A stretch of DNA of 51,777 nt. It comes from a virus (Duplodnaviria; Caudoviricetes). The notes below the pieces were generated by a model. That model searched no databases and was not told where the DNA came from. It was given only the letters and a program-made list of their open reading frames with translations. Shown here piece by piece: positions 1 to 7,828 of this stretch. The position numbers and the translations under genes were made by a program. Location: IMG/VR virus record IMGVR_UViG_3300020042_005180, positions 1-51,777 of that record. The stretch is one strand, 5' to 3'. Each line of letters begins with the position of its first letter. Position 1 is the first letter of the stretch.

Positions 1-111
1 GTACTGGTAGCGCATGTCCTTGTACTCGTCTCCGCTCATTATAAGACCACTCGAGGTGGTCTTTTTTTCTACTAACTTATCAACGATAATATATTTATTT
101 AATACCTTCAT
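1..111 (-). CDS. groES: Co-chaperonin GroES-like protein (5' part only, runs off the window)
   Basis: Manual translation from ATG 111: MKVLNKYIIVDKLVEKKTTSSGLIMSGDEYKDMRYQY, resembling the GroES N-terminus and mobile loop (KTxSGLI). Overlaps the end of groEL by 17 nt. Confidence 0.85.
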   Translation of the reverse strand, partial: MKVLNKYIIVDKLVEKKTTSSGLIMSGDEYKDMRYQY

Positions 112-1654
112 AGTCTCTTATGTTTGTTATAATTGCGTTTGTGCTCATAATTGTTGTCGCCACAGATACAGCGTTAAGTAGTGCGTTCTTGGTAACCTTA
201 GTTGGATCAATAATCCCCATCTTCATCATGTTACCGTACACCTCGTTCTTTACGTCATAACCCTCACCCATCCCCAACAACTCTAACTTAATAATTTGTG
301 GGTCCTTGCCTGCATTTATAAGTATCTGATCAAATGGTGCGCTCAAGGTATCGAACATTATGTTATGAGCTATACTGTCACCCATAACCAAGTCCAAGCA
401 GTTCAATAACGCAACACCGCCTCCAGGAAGTATCCCGTCCTCCATCGCAGCCATAACCGCACACACAGCGTCATCGATCCTGTCCCTCTTCTCCTTCTGC
501 TCGATGTCACTAAGTGCACCCACATATATAACGCCAACACCTCCAGATATATTTGCAATACGCTCCTTTAAGAACTCCCTGTCGTTTGCGTCTGTAGTCT
601 CCCATACCTGGTGCTTCAAGTCAGCAACCCTCATGTCGATAGACTCCTTCATCTCTGATGCATTCATAAACACTGTCATATTCTTCTTCACAACGACTTT
701 AGATGCCCTACCAAGGTCAGACATAGATATAAGCGACAAGTCGTCTCCTGTGTCCTCTGAGAGGTAAGTACCGCCAAGCGCAACAGCTAGGTCCTCTAGT
801 AGGTCCTTCTTCCTGTACCCAAACGATGGTGGTATAATGTTACAGGCCTTGATCTTGCCCTGAGCCACGTTCACGTTTAGTGTGTTAACTGCGTTCTGGC
901 CAAGTGTACCTATGATCAACAAAGATCTGCCCTGGCTAACGATTGGTGCAAGTATAGACTCTAGGTTTGATAGGTTGTTTATCTCGTGGTCTGTGATCAG
1001 TACGTATGGATTCTCTAACACACACTCCTGCTTCTTGTGGTCGTTGATGAAGTACTTAGACGTGTATCCACGGTCTATCTTCATACCACTAATAATCTCT
1101 ACGTGTGTGTCTGAGTTCATGCTGTTCTCCACGGTAACCATGTCAACCTCGTTGAATGCATCAGAGATCATCTTGCCGATCTGCTTGTCGTTGTTTGCAC
1201 TGATAGATGCCACGTCATACAACTTCTTACCGCTGACCTTCTTGCTGACCTTACTAAGCCTAGCCACAACAGCTGCCGTGATGTCGTTGATCTCACGTAT
1301 CACCTCTATCACATTGGTGTTTGAGTCAACGTGATCGTCTGCTGCATTGATTATGGCCTCTGCCAACACGATTGATGTGGTTGTACCGTCACCAGCTACT
1401 GTAGATGTCTTGTCAGCCGCCTGGCGCATCATCATTACAGCCAAGTTCTCGGTCGGGTCGTACAGGTTGATCGACTTTGCAACCGTCACACCGTCCTTTG
1501 TTACGGTGATGCCACCTACATGGTTCTCTGACTCTATTAATACCGTCCGACCTCTGGCACCTAAGGTGCTTTTTACCGCCCCAGCGATGATTTTAATGCC
1601 GTTTTTTAATTTTTTCTGGCCTTCATCGCCAAAATAGACTTGTTTTACTATCAT
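95..1654 (-). CDS. groEL: Phage-encoded chaperonin GroEL (Cpn60)
   Basis: TKDGVTVAKSI, AGDGTTT ATP-binding motif, KRDRIDDAV, GILPGGGVALL, GIIDPTKV. 519 aa, no GGM tail. Confidence 0.97.
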   Translation of the reverse strand: MIVKQVYFGDEGQKKLKNGIKIIAGAVKSTLGARGRTVLIESENHVGGITVTKDGVTVAKSINLYDPTENLAVMMMRQAADKTSTVAGDGTTTSIVLAEAIINAADDHVDSNTNVIEVIREINDITAAVVARLSKVSKKVSGKKLYDVASISANNDKQIGKMISDAFNEVDMVTVENSMNSDTHVEIISGMKIDRGYTSKYFINDHKKQECVLENPYVLITDHEINNLSNLESILAPIVSQGRSLLIIGTLGQNAVNTLNVNVAQGKIKACNIIPPSFGYRKKDLLEDLAVALGGTYLSEDTGDDLSLISMSDLGRASKVVVKKNMTVFMNASEMKESIDMRVADLKHQVWETTDANDREFLKERIANISGGVGVIYVGALSDIEQKEKRDRIDDAVCAVMAAMEDGILPGGGVALLNCLDLVMGDSIAHNIMFDTLSAPFDQILINAGKDPQIIKLELLGMGEGYDVKNEVYGNMMKMGIIDPTKVTKNALLNAVSVATTIMSTNAIITNIRDYEGIK

Positions 1655-1670
1655 TTGATTATATTTTGGT

Positions 1671-1678
1671 CAAATTTA
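1671..1678 (-). promoter_or_regulatory. Bacteroidota-type -7 promoter box (TAAATTTG) for groEL
   Basis: TAnnTTTG match 17 nt upstream of the groEL start. Confidence 0.6.
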
Positions 1679-1700
1679 GTAAAATTTTATCATATAAAAC

Positions 1701-1730
1701 AAAAAACCCACCGATTGGTGGGTAATTTTT
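1701..1730. terminator. Intrinsic terminator
   Basis: aaaaaa-cccacc-gatt-ggtggg-taattttt hairpin just after the 436-aa gene; U-tract on the minus strand. Confidence 0.7.
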
Positions 1731-1736
1731 GTTATT

Positions 1737-3047
1737 TTATTGTTTTTGACCAACTTTTTTCATTAATATTTCGTCAGCTGTCTGTAAATCTCTAGCTCCT
1801 CTTCGTATCTGTCCTGGAGTAGCATTTGGATTTGCTTCTGCAAACTTAGCTTTCTGTTGAGCTCTATTATTGGAGGCTGAATAAATATTAGATGTAGCTG
1901 TGGAACCTTCACTTGTACCCTGTAGCCTTCCAAATGTTTTGTTTCTATTGGTTGCATTGTCCATTGAAGATTTTCTGTCAGTATCATATGTAGAGCTCTC
2001 CATATATCTCTTTCCCATACCTTCAGAACTATTGAATCCCTTATGTGAGGACTCAAAAAATTCATTTTTTCCTTTTCTTTCAGCTTTTACAAATCCAATA
2101 GCACTCCTTAATTCACCTAGCGCTTCTTTAGATTCTCCCTTATCATATATACCTCTTCTGGAAGCACCTTTAACCGCCTTTTTATAATTTCTCATTTCAT
2201 CAATAGACATATCAGAAAATCCTTTATCTCCAATTGTCGCTCCACCACCATATAAACTTTTAAAACCTTTTTGTTCTTTATCGTATCGTCTATTTGGATT
2301 CGAAAAAGTATTCTTAATCTTACTACCAACAGCAGCAGCGACTTGTTTAACATAACGACCTTTAGCCCCTTCTGTTCTAGTTCCTCTAGCCCCTGGGTTC
2401 ATAGATACCTTCTTGTTTACTTGCATTACTTTTTCTGGACCTACGAATTCTTCTTTTTCTTTTGGAAGTATTAGTTTTGGATTGTTTTTAGTTGAAATTG
2501 ATGTTACCTTCATCGGAAGAATTTCTTCATCCCAATCCTGAACAGGTTCTGAAACAGGTGTTGTCTTTCTCTTTGTTGGTGCTACTGGTTGCGCATAATC
2601 TTGTAAATATGCCCCTACTACACTCCCAGCTTTTTGGTTTTCTGCTGACTTTATCCATTTTTCTGCATCTACTCCCTTTTGTATTCTAACTTTTGAAGAC
2701 TTTAATCCTCCTGGGTTATCGTTTTCATTGTTAGCATTCCATCTAGCTAACTGTTCTTTGTTTAAATAATTACCCCACATACTTGGAAACAATGGATCAC
2801 TTGACCCTGCTGCGTTCTCCTTGTACGTCTTCATGTTCTCGTTATACTTACCCATACTGGATGCGTATTCAGAATCAGCAGCAGACTGATCAGCCTTAGA
2901 CTTATTATACACGTCTAAATCAGCGTTATACTTAGCCTCTTTAGCAATACGCTCTGGAGACTTTTTAAGTGTTTTCTTTTCAGATTTAACAACAATCTCA
3001 GTCTTTCGTGTTGTTGTTGATGATGTTCTTACATTCCTTAGTGCCAT
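1737..3047 (-). CDS. Hypothetical Lys-rich low-complexity protein (possible internal virion protein)
   Basis: 436-aa ORF on the local coding strand, followed by a terminator; no recognised domain. Confidence 0.75.
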   Translation of the reverse strand: MALRNVRTSSTTTRKTEIVVKSEKKTLKKSPERIAKEAKYNADLDVYNKSKADQSAADSEYASSMGKYNENMKTYKENAAGSSDPLFPSMWGNYLNKEQLARWNANNENDNPGGLKSSKVRIQKGVDAEKWIKSAENQKAGSVVGAYLQDYAQPVAPTKRKTTPVSEPVQDWDEEILPMKVTSISTKNNPKLILPKEKEEFVGPEKVMQVNKKVSMNPGARGTRTEGAKGRYVKQVAAAVGSKIKNTFSNPNRRYDKEQKGFKSLYGGGATIGDKGFSDMSIDEMRNYKKAVKGASRRGIYDKGESKEALGELRSAIGFVKAERKGKNEFFESSHKGFNSSEGMGKRYMESSTYDTDRKSSMDNATNRNKTFGRLQGTSEGSTATSNIYSASNNRAQQKAKFAEANPNATPGQIRRGARDLQTADEILMKKVGQKQ

Positions 3048-3175
3048 ACTATTATTATTTTTATTATTAACAAATTAATCTCTAGCTCATAGTCGTCATA
3101 CAGTTCGTCTGGTCGGAATAACTCAAAACCTAAGTTTAAACCAAACGACATCCTGTTCTCTACGAATACTTCCAC
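3038..3175 (-). CDS. Small hypothetical protein (45 aa, GTG start)
   Basis: Manual translation MEVFVENRMSFGLNLGFELFRPDELYDDYELEINLLIIKIIIVWH; fills the gap and overlaps the next start. Confidence 0.6.
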   Translation of the reverse strand: MEVFVENRMSFGLNLGFELFRPDELYDDYELEINLLIIKIIIVWH

Positions 3176-3183
3176 TGTACTAT

Positions 3184-3594
3184 TTATTGATTTCTTTTCT
3201 TCTTGGCAGCAATAAACTGTTTTTCCATATTAGCGTTTGCCTTTTGAGCAGCCTCTTTCTCTGCTCTGGCAGCAGATATTGAAGTGTTATCTTTTCTGTC
3301 CATAAACGCATTAGATGCGTAGCCTGGAAGTAGATTAAATCTATTATTATCCATCATGGTCATTTTCTCATCACCTATAATATGCTTCATAGCACCTGTA
3401 TCACCCATAATGTAGTTTATTTCAGCATCTGTTTTTGTAGTATAGTCACTTACTTGTTTGGCGCTTGGCTTTACAGTCACCTCTTTAAATTTAGTGTCTG
3501 GTCGAACTATCATTGAATCTGGAATAATGGTTGTGTCCCTAGTTAAACGATCGATCGCTTTGTTTTTGAACGGGATAGAGTTGTAGTCTTTCAT
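3184..3594 (-). CDS. Hypothetical protein, paralog A (MKDYNSIPFKNKAIDRLTR N-terminus)
   Basis: 136-aa ORF; promoter box TACATTTG at 3621-3628. Confidence 0.8.
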   Translation of the reverse strand: MKDYNSIPFKNKAIDRLTRDTTIIPDSMIVRPDTKFKEVTVKPSAKQVSDYTTKTDAEINYIMGDTGAMKHIIGDEKMTMMDNNRFNLLPGYASNAFMDRKDNTSISAARAEKEAAQKANANMEKQFIAAKKKRNQ

Positions 3595-3642
3595 AATAAT
3601 TGTTTTTATAATTGTTTTTACAAATGTACTAATTATAATTGT

Positions 3643-4023
3643 TTATTCCTCAACCTTAGATAAAAAAAAACTTAAAAAGGATGCTCCCGTTAATCCAGCT
3701 CCAATATTGTTCATGTTATTTTTTATTTTTGATTTTATTTGCGATTTTTTTGCCGCCTTTAAATCTTTATACGCACCTGTTTCTTTGTATGGTCTGCTAT
3801 CTACAATCTTGTCGTTAGACTGATCTCTCTGAGAGATTCTTGCAACCTTCGGGCTCGCTAGTTTCATAGGGTTACCCGATTGATCGTAAGTTATATTAGC
3901 AGGAGTAACCTTAACCTCTTGAATCTGAGTGCCTTTGTTCTGAGTGCCTGGTACTATGGTTGTGTTCCTAGTTAATCGATCGATTGCCTTGTTTTTGAAT
4001 GGTATAGAGTTATAGTCCTTCAT
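3643..4023 (-). CDS. Hypothetical protein, paralog B (same N-terminus)
   Basis: 126-aa ORF; promoter box TATCTTTG at 4039-4046; hydrophobic C-terminal segment. Confidence 0.8.
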   Translation of the reverse strand: MKDYNSIPFKNKAIDRLTRNTTIVPGTQNKGTQIQEVKVTPANITYDQSGNPMKLASPKVARISQRDQSNDKIVDSRPYKETGAYKDLKAAKKSQIKSKIKNNMNNIGAGLTGASFLSFFLSKVEE

Positions 4024-4069
4024 GATAATTGTTTTTTACAAAGATATGAAAAATATTACATTAAATATG

Positions 4070-4600
4070 TGTAGGTTTTGGGCAATAGGGCCATCTGACG
4101 TTCGCCAGCCCGAAAGGAAAACGATTTCAAATTGAAGGGGGGGTCTCCATTTTGGCCTATTGAGTCGGAATTTTCTAGCTTTTCCTAGGGCTGAGCCGTG
4201 CACCTCACCTGTGCAGTTGATACCACTACCACCACCGCTACCACTACGCCTGTGCTACCTGTGATGGCCATCTATCAGCCGACCAATCGACCTGTCGTCC
4301 GACCTACCTACAAATATAGCTGTACTATAATTTGCATTATGTTAAATAGAAACGCCTTGAGACCAATCGATATGTCGACCAATCGAACGGCCAAAAGGTA
4401 TGCATCTGAGCCAATCGCACGGCTGTAATGGAGGGGTTACATCATCCGTTACAAAAATATAACAAACTTTTTTCAATTATTTTTACCTCTGTAACTCATT
4501 GTAATACAGCAACATACATCATATGTTTGTAATAATAACGTGTCAATTGAAAAAAAACTTTCAAACAAAGTGTAACATTTATAAACAAATAGCATTATAA
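4070..4600. other. Non-coding strand-switch region, candidate genome terminus or packaging region
   Basis: Divergent genes on either side; inverted repeat caatagggcca/tggcctattg around a G-run; GACCAATCGA x3 plus one variant; further imperfect inverted repeats. Confidence 0.45.
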
Positions 4601-4797
4601 GTATGTAAGGCAAACGAGCCGAGGTTGATTTTCTTAGAAAGGTACACGATGCAAAATGGTATATGTCGAGGGTATGAATGTCGGTAGGCTATGGTGATAC
4701 ATAGATAGATGTTTAAAGAGTGAGGCATAGAGAGTGATTGCAAGACAAAAACGATAGGGGAGAACGAGTGTTAACGCTCCCGCCAAAACAATACTAA

Positions 4798-4844
4798 GGT
4801 GTAGTTAGAACGACTAATCAATAGGAGCGATACCTACTGCACCA
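4798..4844 (+). ncRNA. Minimal tRNA-like structure lacking an anticodon arm
   Basis: 7-bp acceptor-like stem GGTGTAG/CTGCACC+A, hairpin TTAG-AACGA-CTAA, T-arm-like TAGG-AGCGATA-CCTA. Confidence 0.55.
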
Positions 4845-4866
4845 CTAACCAACAAAAACCTATACA

Positions 4867-4971
4867 ATGAAAACTGAGAAAGCCCCAATCGTTTTTTTAA
4901 GCGGTGTAATTCTATTAGCAGTAGTTATCATATACAATGTAATGACCATCGGTGTTCATTGCTCTATCTAA
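4867..4971 (+). CDS. Small membrane protein (34 aa)
   Basis: MKTEKAPIVFLSGVILLAVVIIYNVMTIGVHCSI, preceded by the leader motif. Confidence 0.7.
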   Translation: MKTEKAPIVFLSGVILLAVVIIYNVMTIGVHCSI

Positions 4972-4972
4972 A

Positions 4973-5024
4973 GGTTAACTGACGAGTCTTAACTAGACGA
5001 AACGGCCTACGGGCTGTCTTAACC
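4973..5024 (+). ncRNA. Type I hammerhead ribozyme 1
   Basis: GGTTAA-CTGACGA-GTCT(TAACT)AGAC-GAAA-CGGCC(TACG)GGCTG-TC-TTAACC: complete catalytic core and three stems; predicted cleavage after GUC (C5018). Confidence 0.93.
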
Positions 5025-5042
5025 AACAAATACCTAGAAATT

Positions 5043-5300
5043 ATGATGAACTACCAAAAATTAATGGCTCAAGAGCCTACAAGCTACGGCAAAATGGTAA
5101 ACGATAAAGGTCAAATAATTGAATTTTTCGAGCATCCATTCTATGGTGACGAGTCAGATGTGATAGCTGTATCTCACGACTTAAAGTTAGCTAGCTACAC
5201 CACGTTTTACGATACACATGACATGACGGCTAGCCATGGTGAGTATCAACCATCATTCAAAGATGGCAAGTTATTCATTGGTGATTACGAGGTTAACTGA
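5043..5300 (+). CDS. Hypothetical early protein flanked by two hammerheads
   Basis: 85-aa ORF with leader motif; its TGA stop lies inside the core of hammerhead 2. Confidence 0.85.
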   Translation: MMNYQKLMAQEPTSYGKMVNDKGQIIEFFEHPFYGDESDVIAVSHDLKLASYTTFYDTHDMTASHGEYQPSFKDGKLFIGDYEVN

Positions 5301-5340
5301 CGAGTCTTTATGAGACGAAATGCCGTGAGGCATCTTAACC
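5291..5340 (+). ncRNA. Type I hammerhead ribozyme 2
   Basis: GGTTAA-CTGACGA-GTCT(TTATG)AGAC-GAAA-TGCC(GTGA)GGCA-TC-TTAACC; predicted cleavage after AUC (C5334); stem III differs from copy 1 but stays paired. Confidence 0.93.
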
Positions 5341-5358
5341 AATAAAAACCTAGAAAAA

Positions 5359-5466
5359 ATGACAAGTAAAATCATTAGAATCGAGGGAGCATTCGAGATA
5401 TGGGGCTTCTTCAACAACGGAGTATTAGTACGAACAAACAAATTAAGAGTAAGAGCATGGAGGTAG
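5359..5466 (+). CDS. Small early protein (35 aa)
   Basis: MTSKIIRIEGAFEIWGFFNNGVLVRTNKLRVRAWR, directly after hammerhead 2 and the leader motif. Confidence 0.7.
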   Translation: MTSKIIRIEGAFEIWGFFNNGVLVRTNKLRVRAWR

Positions 5467-5606
5467 TACTGACATTCATAAACATCAGCGGTAAGCAGAT
5501 AGTTATGAGAAGAGAATTCACAGACGAGAATCATTTAACCAATTTTATTAACTATGCCACAAAACGTTATAACTATGTGTTTGACGAGGTGTGGTATAAA
5601 AACTAA
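5457..5606 (+). CDS. Small early protein (49 aa)
   Basis: MEVVLTFINISGKQ...; start overlaps the previous gene, more plausible than 5400. Confidence 0.65.
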   Translation: MEVVLTFINISGKQIVMRREFTDENHLTNFINYATKRYNYVFDEVWYKN

Positions 5607-5611
5607 AACTT

Positions 5612-5818
5612 ATGAAAGCAATAGCAATTTTAATCGCGACAATAATCCTAAGCGGATGCGCTATGGTCAAAGAAACCGAAACGTGCACGGGCTATTGGCC
5701 TGATAGCATATTGAACCCTGAGAACAGCGAATTCGTAAATGAGGTAGCATTCCACTTGAGAATCAAGAATAGTAAGGTGACTCAACAGATGTTTAACGAG
5801 AGATATATTAACCAATAA
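5612..5818 (+). CDS. Putative small lipoprotein
   Basis: MKAIAILIATIILSG-C lipobox-like signal peptide. Confidence 0.7.
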   Translation: MKAIAILIATIILSGCAMVKETETCTGYWPDSILNPENSEFVNEVAFHLRIKNSKVTQQMFNERYINQ

Positions 5819-5830
5819 ACCTTAGAACTT

Positions 5831-6052
5831 ATGAACCAACGAATGAACAATATCGGATTCCACAAGACAGATGGTATCACTAGAGAGATAACAATCAGAG
5901 AGCAATTAATCCGCAACATTAACTTTGTGGGCATCAACGACATCAAGCATCCAATACACAGGATAATTGACGTTAAAAGAGACAAGCTAGACGACCTGTT
6001 GAAGTTTACAGAGGAAGAACTTATCGCTATGTCACCCGAACAATTTATATAG
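5831..6052 (+). CDS. Hypothetical early protein
   Basis: 73 aa, leader motif. Confidence 0.8.
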   Translation: MNQRMNNIGFHKTDGITREITIREQLIRNINFVGINDIKHPIHRIIDVKRDKLDDLLKFTEEELIAMSPEQFI

Positions 6053-6077
6053 TATTAACCAATAAAAAATAGAACTT

Positions 6078-6251
6078 ATGAGCGAATTAAAAGTAGGTGA
6101 CACAGTCGGAGAATTTCGATATGGTCACGGGGTAGGAGAAGTAGTTAAGGTAGATGGTGACAACGTACTTGTCGCATGGTACGAGTGGTCAATAGCTGAC
6201 TCATGGATAACTTCAGAATCATTAACAATTGAGCCGTATGGCGGATTTTAA
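6078..6251 (+). CDS. Small SH3/KOW-like beta-barrel protein (57 aa)
   Basis: MSELKVGDTV...GVGEVVKVDGDNVLVAW pattern; leader motif. Confidence 0.7.
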   Translation: MSELKVGDTVGEFRYGHGVGEVVKVDGDNVLVAWYEWSIADSWITSESLTIEPYGGF

Positions 6252-6282
6252 TTAGTAACTAACCAAATAAAAAATAGAACCT

Positions 6283-6501
6283 ATGAAACCTAACCAAACA
6301 AGAAAAGTTTATTGTGTCTTAAACAACGGGACACATAAATTAGTTGATGACAAATCATTGGCAACAAGGCTATGTAAAAAAGATGCTGAACATATGTTAA
6401 CATCTTATGGTAGTGCAACTATAGAAGAGCTAAACAATTCAGACTTCGATAGATATATCGTTGTTGCAGAAACACAAAGCAAAGGAAGTTATACAATTTA
6501 A
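6283..6501 (+). CDS. Hypothetical early protein
   Basis: 72 aa, leader motif. Confidence 0.8.
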   Translation: MKPNQTRKVYCVLNNGTHKLVDDKSLATRLCKKDAEHMLTSYGSATIEELNNSDFDRYIVVAETQSKGSYTI

Positions 6502-6513
6502 AACCTAGAAAAC

Positions 6514-6720
6514 ATGACAAAGAACCAATTAATCATAAAGTACATTGACCTACGAGATGAGTTGATGGACTACACGATGGAGCATTTTGATGCTATGTCC
6601 TACGACATTGATGGATACCTTGAAGAGGATGAAATTGATATCGATGAATTAAAAAATCAAGTCAAGGCATTCAAGATATTGCTCAAGGCTTACAAGTTAA
6701 TATACTATACATACGGATAA
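6514..6720 (+). CDS. Hypothetical acidic early protein
   Basis: 68 aa, leader motif. Confidence 0.8.
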   Translation: MTKNQLIIKYIDLRDELMDYTMEHFDAMSYDIDGYLEEDEIDIDELKNQVKAFKILLKAYKLIYYTYG

Positions 6721-6741
6721 CCAATTTAAAACCTAGAACTT

Positions 6742-7062
6742 ATGAAAAAATATGCAAGAAGATGTGATGCTACGGGACGTGGTATGAACGAGGGATGGGT
6801 ATGGGGTGAGGGTACTTACTACACCTCAACACTTGAATTAACCATGAAAGAACTTAGAGATGACGTAAGAGATGGCGCCTATGATTTTGACGAATTAGGT
6901 GCAGAAAAAATGTTACAAATGTCAGACGATGAATTATTAACATATGCATACGACAATGATGTCTTATACTACACAGAGTGGGAAGAGATTGACGATGAGA
7001 TATACCCTCTAGACTCTGAAGATTGTTATTATGACGAGGATGGAAACGAATATGAACTTTAA
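6742..7062 (+). CDS. Highly acidic early protein
   Basis: 106 aa, ARRCDATGRGMNEGW N-terminus, D/E-rich C-terminus, leader motif. Confidence 0.85.
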   Translation: MKKYARRCDATGRGMNEGWVWGEGTYYTSTLELTMKELRDDVRDGAYDFDELGAEKMLQMSDDELLTYAYDNDVLYYTEWEEIDDEIYPLDSEDCYYDEDGNEYEL

Positions 7063-7074
7063 AACCTAGAAACT

Positions 7075-7272
7075 ATGACAATCTTAAAACTTCAATCAGC
7101 AGAGACGATTGACCAAAACGGAATCATCTACTACTTGACGGGCGAGTATGCCTATGTGGGCAAGATAGAAAGTGGTAACACAAGAATCATACTTGATAAG
7201 GATGACGGAATGTTATACATGATTGAAATGAATGATAGAAAAATAAATTCACTAACCAATAAAAACCTATAA
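7075..7272 (+). CDS. Hypothetical early protein
   Basis: 65 aa, leader motif. Confidence 0.75.
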   Translation: MTILKLQSAETIDQNGIIYYLTGEYAYVGKIESGNTRIILDKDDGMLYMIEMNDRKINSLTNKNL

Positions 7273-7275
7273 ACT

Positions 7276-7491
7276 ATGAACAGAATTGATCAAATCATAG
7301 CATACGAATGTGGTATGCTAGACGGGGCAGGTATGGTGTACCTGTTCGCTGAACTAATAAAAGATGGCTCAGCATGGAGTCTACAAGGCCACTACGGACG
7401 GACGGCCAAGCTATTAATCGACCGAGGCATCATCATGCCGAACGGGGACATAGACGAGATGGCTGCAATTGAATGTGGAATTGAAATGTAA
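7276..7491 (+). CDS. Conserved-looking phage early protein (AWSLQGxYGRTA motif)
   Basis: 71 aa; LIKDGSAWSLQGHYGRTA is a motif recalled from many phage early genes; leader motif. Confidence 0.85.
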   Translation: MNRIDQIIAYECGMLDGAGMVYLFAELIKDGSAWSLQGHYGRTAKLLIDRGIIMPNGDIDEMAAIECGIEM

Positions 7492-7514
7492 CTAACCTTT
7501 AAAACCTAGAACTT

Positions 7515-7799
7515 ATGACTGATAACAATTTTAAAATAGGAGACATCGTAACATTTTATGGTTGCACCAATGGTATACCTAATGGTGGAATTTCTTTTGG
7601 AGAAATCATAGAAATAAACGGAGAACGTGCACGTGTAGTTACAGGGGGCATTGACTTGAATCGAACAAATCATTTCAAACCAAACTATATGATACCTATA
7701 AGAGTTAGACCAATAATAGAAGATGACTCCATTTACAAGGTAACATTATCTACAGCAAAATCTATTGATAACACCAATTGGGGTGCATCACCATACTAA
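7515..7799 (+). CDS. Hypothetical early protein (FKIGDIV SH3-like start)
   Basis: 94 aa, leader motif. Confidence 0.8.
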   Translation: MTDNNFKIGDIVTFYGCTNGIPNGGISFGEIIEINGERARVVTGGIDLNRTNHFKPNYMIPIRVRPIIEDDSIYKVTLSTAKSIDNTNWGASPY

Positions 7800-7828
7800 A
7801 TAAATTACTAACCTATAAACCAAAAAAA

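Noticed and set aside
4198-4428. 76-aa ORF with a Thr run
   Set aside because: GTG start without an A-rich leader; it arises from C-rich repeats in the strand-switch region.
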